DNA of 61,616 nt, counting the filler, from Nemertoderma westbladi (lineage: Eukaryota; Animalia; Xenacoelomorpha), in NCBI GenBank assembly GCA_032718475.1. It is 3 parts of 3 records of this genome, joined end to end, with 100 filler letters (N's around TTAATTAATTAA, not from the genome) between each part and the next. Parts side by side here need not be neighbours in the genome. Positions count along the whole stretch, not along the records: positions 1 to 23,172 come from JAUCBJ010003359.1; 2 more parts are not named here. One strand, 5' to 3'. A model generated the notes under the pieces. It saw only the letters and a list, made by a program, of their open reading frames with translations, did not search any database and was not told where the DNA came from. Position numbers and translations under genes: made by a program. Shown here piece after piece: positions 1 through 12,355 of the stretch. Each line of letters opens with the position of its first letter. Within the stretch, counting starts at the first letter, position 1.

Positions 1-746
1 TGTGTCATCTCCTTAGGTTCAGTTTGATCATAGGATATCCAGTAAAATGGTAGGCTTGCGAGCCTTCCGCCGAACTCCTCGATCTCGCCTTTCTCGTATG
101 CTTTGTACGCCCTATAGAGGCTCAAAGCTTCCCGTTTCTCTTGTGTCGACTTATTAGACTCATCCGCTATCATACTATAGACTTCTGGTTCGACTAATTT
201 GGGTTCGTAAATATCAATTTCGCCTGCGTTCGGTCCACTCATCTTAAACGAATGGTACGGATTCATCAAAGGGTATCCGCCTTCTTGGTAACGCAGACTT
301 TGGTGGTATGAACATCGTGCTAATATCGGCTCGAGGTTCTCCGAGTTCAAGTGCATAGAAATCGCATTGTCTTGCTCACGCATACATCCTCCACATTTGT
401 AAAACAGTTTATAAATGGAGAACGTGTCCTTTGTCTCTGGATCTGCTCCTCGAGCGCGTCTATAAAGATGCATTCCATCGAATTCGTCCCTGGCTGCAGG
501 CAAGGGTTCGCTCGCCGTCAAATATTGCAGCGTATGATATAATCGGCGTATCTCCGTGTCTGGATCCTCGCAAATGTCACTGGCATCGCATAATGCATCG
601 TAGGGATACAACGCATTGAACTCCGCGCATAACTCCTGCACTCTTTTGTTATAAGCATCCAATTGGATCTGCCTTGGATTTAGCGAGCTTGGCTGTACTC
701 CTAGCCATACTCTCCACTCCAAACACATTAAAGTTTTTGGCTCCAT
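1..746 (-). CDS. Extra ORF downstream of the BEL integrase, open to the window edge (>=248 aa), function unknown
   Basis: Hand translation from ATG at 746 (MEPKTLMCLEWRVWLG...YKCGGCMRE...ARCSYH...GGRLASLPFYW...) has no stop before base 1, so the ORF track omits it. A candidate splice acceptor lies at 863-864. Confidence 0.6.
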   Translation of the reverse strand, partial: MEPKTLMCLEWRVWLGVQPSSLNPRQIQLDAYNKRVQELCAEFNALYPYDALCDASDICEDPDTEIRRLYHTLQYLTASEPLPAARDEFDGMHLYRRARGADPETKDTFSIYKLFYKCGGCMREQDNAISMHLNSENLEPILARCSYHQSLRYQEGGYPLMNPYHSFKMSGPNAGEIDIYEPKLVEPEVYSMIADESNKSTQEKREALSLYRAYKAYEKGEIEEFGGRLASLPFYWISYDQTEPKEMT

Positions 747-1559
747 AACGATTAAACGGTGCCTGGTGCTCCTGTTCCTGCGTAAATCCCTGACGTAACT
801 CCTTATAAATCTTCTCCGCCATCATATACGCGTATATATGGTTACATATCGTTACGTTTCTACTAGATGAAGCACAAAATAGAGGTTAGATATGAGGAGA
901 CATAGAGTTTGTCGGCTTTTGGCTCAACTTTGCTCTAAAACCCCTACCCATTTGCCTAATGACTTCGGGTTTCGCGTGATTTTGCACTGGCTCCTAATCC
1001 AAAAAATGTGCCGATAAAAAACGAATTCCGGGTAAACTAGCCACGAGTCTAAAATACTCACCTTTTAATTTCCCAAACTATGTCCCAAAGAAAATAGTGC
1101 AGTCGAGAATTAATTTGGTCTAAGATAATAGTAGACACGACTACGTAGAACAAGGCCGATTTTCTTTTCCAAAAAAAATTATCGGTAGGCTTGCAAGCCT
1201 TCCATCCGCTCTTGTCCTCCCCAATTTTAATTTTTATCTAGCTGTATTCTAGAATTCGCATTCACTGGAGAATCATTTTTCTTAAATTTAAATCCAACCA
1301 AATGGATTTGTCTAATAATTTTTGAAAATTGTCTCATTTGTGTGTTCCAAGTGGAATTCCATTCCTACTGTACACACAATCCCGCTCCTATGTGATACAT
1401 AAGGGTAATACCCTCCATGTTCACATATAAAGACAATGGAATTCCACCGCTGTCTCTATCTACAGTGAAGAGGAATACAAATGCACATACAGTAATACAA
1501 AATACTAAATTACTAAAATACGGTAAGGCTATGTGGCGGCCATCAAGGGTCCCACATCT

Positions 1560-3124
1560 TTATTTACTAAGATTGGGTGGAGATTTGTAGTCTCCTGTCT
1601 CGTTTTTAGTCTCCTCAAGAAGCACGAGATGTTGTACAGGCCTATCTACGGTACGTCCGTCAATAGTCCGTACAGTAACTGTCCTTACTACATCAGATGT
1701 AGGGTGCGTGGTCAAAATGACTCCAGTCAGCCAAAACCGTCTTTTCAGATTGGTTTTAGCCAGTAAAACATGGTCACCTTCTCTCAAACTTCGGGTATTA
1801 AGATACCAAGAGGTTCTGGTCGAAATAGAGGGCAAATAGAATTCCCCGAATTTGTTGGCTAGCAACTGAGTGATTTTCCAAGCTTTGTTGCCGTATCCGT
1901 CGCTATCGACAGGTACCGAAGTGGGCAACAATGTCGTCGGCGCCTGCATAAGCAGGTGCGCTGGTGTCAAGGCAAACTGTGAGACGCTGTTGTCTGGGAT
2001 CAAAGCGATCGGTCTAGTATTCAAAACTGCTTCGATTTCTATTAACAACATCGTCAGTTGGTCGTCTGTCAATATCCGTTGCGTAGGTATTACTTTCTCC
2101 ATAGCCGTCTTAATTGAGCCAATCAGCCTTTCCCAAACGCCGCCTCTCCACGGACTGTCGGAAGTGTTAAAGTTCCAAACAATACGGTGAGGACGTAGTT
2201 CCTCGGAAATCTGGTTTTGGTCCAACTTCTTTAAAGCTCTGGTGATTTCGTTCCGTGTACCCACAAAGATAGTCCCTTGGTTGCAATAAATGGATTTAAC
2301 CAATCCACGTCTAGCGATAAATCGCCGTAAGGCTAGGATAAAGGCGTTGGTGGTCAAGTCTGTCGCACGGTCAATATGGACAGCTCTGCTGGCCATGCAA
2401 GTGAAGATCAATCCCCAACGTTTTACCTGTACCCTTCCGCGTTTTGCGATTATGGGTCCAAAACAGTCTATCCCTGTCTCAGTGAAAGGGGGTCTAAAAG
2501 CCTGTAATCTCGCTAGTGGTAGTTCACTCATTTCTTGGTGTCCTATCCTCGCGTGCACCTTCTTACAAATCATACAGTTCCGTGTTACCGAACTTAATGC
2601 CTTCTAGGCCTAATCAGTACAAACCGCGAGCGTAAGTGTGATAGAGAGTGGTGCCTACCTATGTGTTTGAATCGTACATGTGCATCCAGTATCATAGCGT
2701 GCTGTAACTCATGGTGTTGTGGTATGATGATAGGATACCTAAAGTCAAGTGCAAAGTCAATGTTTTGGAGTCTGGACTTGTGACAAAGTAGGCCCCTATA
2801 GATTATCGGACTCCAACTCAAAATCGGTGAAGAATTGATCTGTTTACCCTGATTGATCGCTGTGAACTCTCGTGCGAAATATCGCAATTGATAATGACGA
2901 ATAATATCAACTTCATAAAGACCAACTTCCTCTAAGGTAAGTCTTCTAGGAAGGTCGCATTTGCCTCTGGCAGATTGTCTCAAACGTTTGAGCCATGCTA
3001 ACTTGCGGCACGCGTCAGTCCATGATCTAGTTAGGTTTACTATCCTGTCAACGTAAGTGTTAGTGACATCATCAGGTAAGGAATAGTTGAAATGTGGATA
3101 CTTGTTCGGACTTGGTAGGCCCAC
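1560..3124 (-). pseudogene. pol: BEL integrase (HHCC, DDE core, C-terminal domain), frameshifted
   Basis: AHVRFKHIG...C-x2-C split by a frameshift near 2580; PPFTETGIDCFGP, LIFTCMASRAVH, FIARRG, WERLIGSIK, EIEAVLNTRP, RPVQHLVLLE. The second catalytic D position reads N (CNQG). Confidence 0.92.
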
Positions 3125-3479
3125 GGGCCTTCCGGTGAGTGTCTCCCTTTGTACAATGGGTTTGTCTGAGTCCTCAAGTAATTTCGACGGTCTTTACGAT
3201 TATCTTTACCGTCCGCACTCAGTGAATTAACTGGCAGTAACGGTTTCAACTCCACAGTATTAGTGCATTCCTGTGAGCTCGTAAGCTTCCTAACCTTAGT
3301 CACACATTTACTCGTAGACGGTAAATCAAGTATTTTCCTTGAGCGGAGTGCGATTGCTGTCGCCACACCTTCGTCCAAAGAAGTCAAATTTGGTAAGTTG
3401 ACAATCGCTAATGGGTGTGTACTAGTCCGCTCCAATGGATTCATTGTGTCCTTGCAGTACACGTCGTTTCTTTCCAATG

Positions 3480-3880
3480 GGTCGTCTAATGGAAAGTCTA
3501 GTAGACAGTCTGGTGAGGCGCCTGGCGAACAGTCTGGTGAGACATCTGGTAAGACATAGCGCGGAACTTCCGACAAAATGTCCTGTCATCTGTCCCAAAG
3601 AAAGTCTGGCGTAGCTTCTGTCAGAAAGTCTGGTCTAAAGTCTAGTGGACAGTCTGTCGAGATGTTCGGTGGGAAGTCTGGCGAGACGTCCGGTAGACAA
3701 TCTGTCGAGTGTTCCATAAAACAGTCTGGTGAATAATCCGGAGAACAATCTGGTGTCATTTCTGGCGAATAATCTGGCGAGAATCCTGGTGAACAATCTG
3801 GCGAAACGTTTGGTGAAACGTCTGGTCGAGAGTCTAGTGAGATGTCTGGCGTAATGTCAGGTCTAACGTCCAGGTCATCA
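3480..3880 (-). repeat. Degenerate 12-bp tandem repeat encoding PD-x-S tetrapeptides
   Basis: PDVSPNVSPDCSPGFSPDYS...; TCTGG recurs about every 12 bp on the + strand. Confidence 0.8.
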
Positions 3881-4179
3881 GATTTCATCCATCCTCGTTT
3901 CCTCTTGACCTTAGCATTGGCTTTCGCTTTGGACTTGACAACAGTGTCGATTTTTATCTCGGCACCTTCCGGTATGGTATTAGTTGTCGTGTCGAATAAC
4001 AGTGGCCATTCGTCTGATGGTTGTTGTAGGAAATCGGGTCCTCTAAACCAAAAGGATTTATTGTCCGGTCTACAAAAGTCAATAGGTGACATCCCCCGTG
4101 ATGCTATGTCAGCTGGGTTCAGCTTCCCTGGACAGTGACGCCAATCTTGTTTGAGCAAGAAGTTTGAGCAGTCAGTCAA
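3586..4179 (-). pseudogene. pol: BEL RNase H C-terminal remnant
   Basis: WRHCPGKLNPADIASRG...FWFRGPDFL...WP motif typical of BEL/Pao. Confidence 0.85.
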
Positions 4180-4507
4180 GCGCTGCTTGCACTGCGCTAT
4201 GGTCCTCGTCCATGTCTTCGTCCGCTGCGGTGGCTAGTGTCAATGTGTCTGGTAGGCTTGCAAGCCTTCCGGTGTCACTAGTCGGCGTCAAAAAGTTATG
4301 AGGCGGTTTGACAACCTTCTGATCTGTCGGTAGGCTTGCAAGCCTTCCAAGATCAACAACCAGTGTCGAAGCCTGGTGGGTGGGGTCAATGACCTTCAGA
4401 TTTTTCGGTAGGCTCGCAAGCCTTCCAAACCCCTTGTTCATCGAGTCATCCACAGCAACAACCCTTTGGTCTTCAGTAGTCAATACAACCTGGTTTACTG
4501 CAAGTAG

Positions 4508-5710
4508 TTATAAGTCAGAGGTCCGTGTGATCGTGTCCAGATCAGTTACGTCAGTATCGGTTACGTCAGCGTTAGCGACGCAAGTCTGTCGTAGTGCAGT
4601 CTGTACAATTGTTCCACAGGAGTATGAAGGATAATTATCTATCGTAGTAGTCAATAAACTACACGTACTCAAAACGTCGTCCTCCTGGTCACTTACCTCT
4701 AGTGAATGCACTGGTGCTCTAGTATACCAACCTATGGGAGTTCTACATGCGTAGGGGTTGCCTGCTTTAATGACAGATGGGCGTGTCTCCCATACCTGAT
4801 GTAAGTTAAACTGGTCTGCCCCAATCAACATCGCGATTGAGCGATAGTTAACAGGACATTCCAGTATTCCAAGGTGTCGGAAATACTTACGATCTTCCGG
4901 TGATTGCTCTGGCATAGGGCCGAGCAAGTTACTAAAGTCCTTCGTGGCTGCAAAGGTCAAATTTCTTACCGGAAGTAATGAGCACTCCTCCTTGCTGTGT
5001 TCCGCTTTGGAAAGAAGAGTGTCTAAGGTTAATTTTACTCTCGTCACAGGAATCACTCTCTTACCATGCATGCTGCTTACAGTATACTGAGCAGTCTTAC
5101 CTTTACTCATGTCCGTAACTACGTCGGCTACTTGTTCGTCGACGTAACTATGTGATGAAGCAGAGTCTAAGATAGCGTATATACGCTTGCTCCCTCGGGT
5201 TCCGGTAATCTTTATAGGAATCACGCTAAACCCTTTCAATTGGTTCTGTGTGAGGAGTGTTATCGATGGTTGTTCCTGAGGAGGAAGATGACACTTTTTA
5301 CGTGCATGCGGGACGTAAAAAGTGTCATCTTCCTCCTCATCCTCGTCCGATGATTGATCCATACAATCAGTATAGAACGTACGAATCTCGCGTGGCGCAT
5401 GCTCCTTATAAAGTGCATCGCATCTAGCCACTTTATCTGGATTCTCTCGTCGAAAGCGTTTGGTCGGAGTATGACTATTTGTTTGGAGTAACGTGTTGTG
5501 GTTACGTCCACATAGAGGACATGTATCGTCGCTCGGGCAATCCTTCCAGACGTGTCCAGGCTTGGTACATCTCAAACAAGAATCCAACGATCGAATTTGG
5601 AGTCTTCTTTCTTCAACTCCCAACTCTCTAAAAGCGCGACATCCATGTAGTTTATGTCCGCTGTGGTTTCTGCCGTTCCGCTCGCAATATGAGCATCCCA
5701 CAAAGTCCAC
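4508..5710 (-). pseudogene. BEL Gag zinc knuckles plus aspartic protease
   Basis: CSYC..H..C, CLRCTKPGHVWKDC, CPLCGRNHNTLL; protease AILDSASSHSY; MLIGAD; RTPIGW. Confidence 0.9.
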
Positions 5711-6001
5711 CGGTAACTGTTGTCATGGCTGCTTGGTGCCGATAGGCGTCAGAACTTTAGAAGTTTTCGTTGGGGTGGCATAAGTCACGGCTTTCGCGTT
5801 CGTCGGAAATGGTTTGGTCCGATTCGGCGCAGCAATAGCTATTCCTTCTGCCGCTATATAGTGATCAGTGTAGTTTGATCGAGTCTCAACCACGGCCTCT
5901 CGCGAAATCAGTTGGTAGACGTCGGTAAGGTTTAATAGCCCGCCAGCCTCTTCACGCTGATACTCAATACATCGCCATTCTTGTCGTAATCGATGATGGA
6001 G

Positions 6002-9000
6002 TCGACCGATTATCCTAATTAGAACTGTCGGTGCGTTAGCATACTTGAGTTGTCCAATGAACCGTAAAGTCCCTATAGCGTTCTTAATTTCGTCTAAGAG
6101 TCGTAGAAGATCGATCGGTTTCGAAATGCCTCCTCTACAGAGGTCTTCGATAATAGATTTAGCCATGGCTATGTTGCTGCCGTAAATCGAATACAAACGG
6201 TGTACGCCAACTCAAAGGCATTCGGAACTCCAATAAAGGTTTTCGCTAATCGTTTTGGCTCACCAGACAGTACCTGGAGCAAGTAGTTAAACTTCTCCGT
6301 CGCGGTGAAGGCACATTTAGCGATCTGGGACTCTACGTAGTCTACCAGCATACGCTAGTGCTTTGCATTGCCAGAGAACTTCGGTGGTTATTGTGCCGGT
6401 AATCCATGTCTGGCCGCAAACTTCGCAATCTCGCTAACTAAATCCAACTGTCCACGTCCCTGTTTGGTTAGTCGTCCAGTCATTCCCTTCCGCGCGTCAT
6501 CCGCCGGTAGGAAATATTAACGGGATCTTCTTCTCGATGGTTCGGAGTTTGTCTAGTCTCCTGTTCTCTCCTTGGTGGTCGATGTTGTCTAGGTCGTTCT
6601 ACTTCCACACTGGTCCGTGATCTATCCGACGATGGAGCTTCGAGTCGCTCTTCTATCTGAGCTAGTTGATCCGTGGTCGTATTATTTTGGCGAGTCTGTT
6701 AGTGCTAATCGTCTCAGTCGGTTGTAACACAGGTTTCTGGACAGGTGTTTCTCGTGGAGGATTGTCGATGTACTGCTTCATAGATCTCTCCTCTCGTTTG
6801 TAATCATCCGCCGCTCCAGTACTGAATATTTCTCTCTCCGTTGACTCCGAGTCACTGGATGAGTTGCTGTCGTCCGGATAAGGTGGTTGACGGGTATGCG
6901 TCTGGCGTATTATTCTCGTCAGTCGTGTCTGTTTTCGTTTGACGTCCTCGGTTCTTCGTCGTTCGGTAGGCTCGCAAGCCTTCCACGAAGTCATAGGTCT
7001 CGTTAAACAGTGTGTTAAAGGTCGAATAAACATATCAGGTTTTGTAGTCGGTCTGTAAATGACTGGGTTCGCGCAGCACGTTACAGGTTTAACTGCTAAC
7101 GGCTTACTTACCTGCTTAACTGTCATAAATACAGGTTCCTCTCTTCCTACAAGTAGACTACGACTTACTGTAGGTGGACTATTTATTTTACCTTCTAAAA
7201 TTGGTGACGATGTCGCTCTAGGTTGCGGTATTTCTGTCACAACAAACCTGTCACCTAGCTTTGCGCGTACAGGTAATATTTCCTTCGGTTTCGTAATTAA
7301 AACCAGTTTTATCGGAGTTGTAGGTTTGAGCATAGGAATCACTTGGGGAAAATGTTTACAGTAATCCTCGACGAACTCCTCTCCTCGATTTATTGCTCCC
7401 ACACTTCCAATTCTCGATTTGCCTTTGAATCCCGCGATATCGAGTCTCCATGCGGTCTAGGGCAGACAAATCATGTCTAGCTCGAGACCTTATAGATCTG
7501 TCTCTCGCGTCGAGTTTGAGGTCTTCTTGTGCGTTCGCTGTGGCATGCGCGTTAGATGCTGCTTTCTTCCATGCTAATTCAGCTGCATTTACTGCTGCCT
7601 GTCGTGCTATCTTGTCAGCTGCCGCCTGTCGTGTTAACTCGTCTGCTGCTGCCGCCGCAGCCGCTTCTTGCGATAAGTCCTCCTCCAGTCTCCGCATCTC
7701 CGATGCTTCGAACTCAGCTTGAGCCTGGAGTTTCGCAAATTTCGCTAAGTCTTCTCGTCGCTGTCTTTCTCCTTCTGCTGCAATCTGCGCCAATTGTCAT
7801 TGCGTTTCTTCCTCGGCGACCTGTTGCCGGCGTGCGACTTCCTGTTGTTGCTGAGTAATTGCAGACGCTGTCCTACTAATGTCGCCAATGTCGCTCCGCA
7901 CACTAACGAACAATCTTTCCAGTGGTGGAATTTGGTAGGCTCGCGAGACTTCCGTAGTAAGAACTTCCGTCGTCCCTCGCGGTTCAACTTCCGGTTCTTC
8001 GATCGGTACGCCGTTTCTACAAAGAAAATTGGTGAGCGTTTCTAACCTCCCGTCCAGGCCGTATAGTTCTTCTTCCTCTTCGGGTTGCAACAATGCGTCC
8101 GAAACTGACTCACCTAGCAGTTGGTCGAACTGCTCCTGTTGAGCCATTCGTATTACGGACTTAAACTGGATGAGGCTTTCCCTTGCACTTACCAACTTAT
8201 CTATTATCTTTACTTGAGTAAAGTTGTTACCACGCAACTCTGCAAGTTCGTGTAAACCTTTAAGTTTATCTACGGAAGCATGTATCCTACTTTCTATCCT
8301 TACCTGTAAGGTGTAGAACTCGTATCTCAACATCGGGGCGGTTAACTCGCGTAAAAAGCGAAAACCTTCTCTGAAGTTTCGTGTTATCTGGGCCATGTGT
8401 CCCCCTATACTTCTAATAACATTTTCTTGGCTTCCCGCCAAGCTTACCATGTCTGGTTCCCACGATCTGGTCTGCAGGACGGTAAGGAAATCTTCGATTC
8501 TGCCGTCGCCACGCGTTGCGGCTTCCGGTATTTCGTTCGGGGTACCGGCGACGCACGCGGTGTGTGACATCGGTGGAATCTCGACCGATTATCCTAATTA
8601 GAACTGTCGGTGCGTTAGCATACTTGAGTTGTCCAATGAACCGTAAAGTCCCTATAGCGTTCTTAATTTCGTCTAAGAGTCGTAGAAGATCGATCGGTTT
8701 CGAAATGCCTCCTCTACAGAGGTCTTCGATAATAGATTTAGCCATGGCTATGTTGCCGCCGTAAATCGAATACAAACGGTGTACGCCAACTCAAAGGCAT
8801 TCGGAACTCCAATAAAGGTTTTCGCTAATCGTTTTGGCTCACCAGACAGTACCTGGAGCAAGTAGTTAAACTTCTCCGTCGCGGTGAAGGCACATTTAGC
8901 GATCTGGGACTCTACGTAGTCTACCAGCATACGCTAGTGCTTTGCATTGCCAGAGAACTTCGGTGGTTATTGTGCCGGTAATCCATGTCTGGCCGCAAAC

Positions 9001-11161
9001 TTCGCAATCTCGCTAACTAAATCCAACTGTCCACGTCCCTGTTTGGTTAGTCGTCCAGTCATTCCCTTCCGCGCGTCATCCGCCGGTAGGAAATATTAAC
9101 GGGATCTTCTTCTCGATGGTTCGGAGTTTGTCTAGTCTCCTGTTCTCTCCTTGGTGGTCGATGTTGTCTAGGTCGTTCTACTTCCACACTGGTCCGTGAT
9201 CTATCCGACGATGGAGCTTCGAGTCGCTCTTCTATCTGAGCTAGTTGATCCGTGGTCGTATTATTTTGGCGAGTCTGTTAGTGCTAATCGTCTCAGTCGG
9301 TTGTAACACAGGTTTCTGGACAGGTGTTTCTCGTGGAGGATTGTCGATGTACTGCTTCATAGATCTCTCCTCTCGTTTGTAATCATCCGCCGCTCCAGTA
9401 CTGAATATTTCTCTCTCCGTTGACTCCGAGTCACTGGATGAGTTGCTGTCGTCCGGATAAGGTGGTTGACGGGTATGCGTCTGGCGTATTATTCTCGTCA
9501 GTCGTGTCTGTTTTCGTTTGACGTCCTCGGTTCTTCGTCGTTCGGTAGGCTCGCAAGCCTTCCACGAAGTCATAGGTCTCGTTAAACAGTGTGTTAAAGG
9601 TCGAATAAACATATCAGGTTTTGTAGTCGGTCTGTAAATGACTGGGTTCGCGCAGCACGTTACAGGTTTAACTGCTAACGGCTTACTTACCTGCTTAACT
9701 GTCATAAATACAGGTTCCTCTCTTCCTACAAGTAGACTACGACTTACTGTAGGTGGACTATTTATTTTACCTTCTAAAATTGGTGACGATGTCGCTCTAG
9801 GTTGCGGTATTTCTGTCACAACAAACCTGTCACCTAGCTTTGCGCGTACAGGTAATATTTCCTTCGGTTTCGTAATTAAAACCGGTTTTATCGGAGTTGT
9901 AGGTTTGAGCATAGGAATCACTTGGGGAAAATGTTTACAGTAATCCTCGACGAACTCCTCTCCTCGAGTTATTGCTCCCACATTTCCTTTCTCGATTTGC
10001 CTTTGAATCCCGCGATATCGAGTCTCCATGCGGTCTAGGGCAGACAAATCATGTCTAGCTCGAGACCTTATAGATCTGTCTCTCGCGTCGAGTTCGAGGT
10101 CTTCTTGTGCGTTCGCTGTGGCATGCGCGTTAGATGCTGCTTTCTTCCATGCTAATTCAGCTGCATTTACTGCTGCCTGTCGTGCTATCTTGTCAGCTGC
10201 CGCCTGTCGTGTTAACTCGTCTGCTGCTGCCGCCGCAGCCGCTTCTTGCGCTAAGTCCTCCTCCAGTCTCCGCATCTCCGATGCTTCGAACTCAGCTTGA
10301 GCCTGGAGTTTCGCAAATTTCGCTAAGTCTTCTCGTCGCTGTCTTTCTCCTTCTGCTGCAATCTGCGCCAATTGTCATTGCGTTTCTTCCTCGGCGACCT
10401 GTTGCCGGCGTGCGACTTCCTGTTGTTGCTGAGTAATTGCAGACGCTGTCCTACTAACGTCGCCAATGTCGCTCCGCACACTAACGAACAATCTTTCCAG
10501 TGGTGGAATTTGGTAGGCTCGCGAGACTTCCGTAGTAAGAACTTCCGTCGTCCCTCGCGGTTCAACTTCCGGTTCTTCGATCGGTACGCCGTTTCTACAA
10601 AGAAAATTGGTGAGCGTTTCTAACCTCCCGTCCAGGCCGTATAGTTCTTCTTCCTCTTCGGGTTGCAACAATGCATCCGAAACTGACTCACCTAGCAGTT
10701 GGTCGAACTGCTCCTGTTGAGCCATTCGTATTACGGACTTAAACTGGATGAGGCTTTCCCTTGCACTTACCAACTTATCTATTATCTTTACTTGAGTAAA
10801 GTTGTTACCACGCAACTCTGCAAGTTCGTGTAAACCTTTAAGTTTATCTACGGAAGCATGTATCCTACTTTCTATCCTTACCTGTAAGGTGTAGAACTCG
10901 TATCTCAACATCGGGGCGGTTAACTCGCGTAAAAAGCGAAAACCTTCTCTGAAGTTTCGTGTTATCTGGGCCATGTGTCCCCCTATACTTCTAATAACAT
11001 TTTCTTGGCTTCCCGCCAAGCTTACCATGTCTGGTTCCCACGATCTGGTCTGCAGGACGGTAAGGAAATCTTCGATTCTGCCGTCGCCACGCGTTGCGGC
11101 TTCCGGTATTTCGTTCGGGGTACCGGCGACGCACGCGGTGTGTGACATCGGTGGAATCTCG
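6002..11161. repeat. Tandem duplication of a ~2579-bp gag segment (6002-8580 and 8581-11158)
   Basis: Near-identical ORF pairs offset by 2578-2579 bp; 3-bp microhomology TCG at the junction. Confidence 0.97.
8581..11148 (-). pseudogene. gag: BEL gag 5' region (coiled coil, DUF1759-like), interrupted
   Basis: ORFs of 257 aa and 376 aa separated by a single TGA; downstream EKFNYLLQVLSGEPKRL motif typical of BEL Gag. Confidence 0.75.
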
Positions 11162-11287
11162 GTTTCTCCTTCTCGGTTTGTCTACTGTCGATCTCCCCGG
11201 GTCGCACGAGTCATAGTCGGTAGGTGGGTATCGAGTCGAATGTGGTGTATCACTCATGTCTTATTAAATACGTCAAGTACGGGTAAT

Positions 11288-11463
11288 AAAATGTCAAAGT
11301 ATCAAAATGTGAAAATGTCGAAATGTCAAAATGTCAAACTTACCTTGGTATATATATATCATATATATACCCTAACCAGTACAAATAAATGTGAGAATGT
11401 CAAAATGTCGAACTTACCTTGGTATATATATATCAAATATATACCCTAACCGGTACAAATAAA
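11288..11463. repeat. AAATGTC repeats plus two ~74-bp units in the BEL 5' leader, each with a minus-strand splice donor
   Basis: ACTTACCTTG (reverse complement CAAG|GTAAGT) at 11338 and 11412, each followed by a GGTATATAT...ATATATACC hairpin. Confidence 0.75.
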
Positions 11464-12091
11464 ATCAAAATATATAATATAATATGTAATAATCTAGCCT
11501 ACCGGCTAAATTTGTACGAATAAGTGAGATAACGGTATACGCTACCAAAATGTAGATCAACAAGTACAAATAATAGGCAAAACAGCAACGTCTAACGGGA
11601 AATAAGTACCAACAACACTACTAATTAGACAGTGGAACCAACAAATTTTGAGTACTACTGTGCTCTTAAGTTTGAACGACACGAGTCGTAAAACTTACGC
11701 CCCTTTGATCTTCCAGTTGTGCAAATTCCCAAATACAAACCGGACGCGGGTCATTCCGTTTTCGGCGTCGCGGACGAATTTTGTGTCTCCCAAACTTTGC
11801 GAAAATCGGTCTAATCCCTCGAAGCGGTCCAGAAATGAGTCCTTGAGTCCTGAAAAGTCGAAGGTGAGAGTTTTACTTCTACTCTACGAAAAATCTTCCT
11901 AGGTACCGATACAACTTAGTCTTTAAACCCTATGTACCTTTTCAAGTACCGAAAAGTAACACCACACACACACGGCGTAAAACAAATTGCTATAAACTAA
12001 CTATTAGCTAGTCAAATATTAAATACGAAAACTACTAGCTACCCTAAAGGCCTACTGAAGCAACGTACAAAATGTTGCCTTACAGAAAGGA

Positions 12092-12355
12092 CAAATACTA
12101 TTCTACTAAATATTTAATAAGAATATTCCGACTGAAATGCACTTTTCAGCGCGTACAAATACTATTCAGACTCTATTTAGAATATTTAATCAAATATTCT
12201 GACTGAAAAGTGCATGCACTTTTCAGCGTGTACAAATACTATTCAGACTCTATTTAGAATATTTAATAAAATATTCTGACTAAAAAGTGCATGCACTTTT
12301 CAGCACGTACAAATACTATTCAGACTCTATTTAGAATATTTAATAAAATATTCCC
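12092..12355. repeat. 77-bp tandem repeat (~3.5 copies) with internal palindromes
   Basis: Units start at 12156, 12233 and 12310; contains the palindrome CTGAAAAGTGCATGCACTTTTCAG. Confidence 0.85.
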
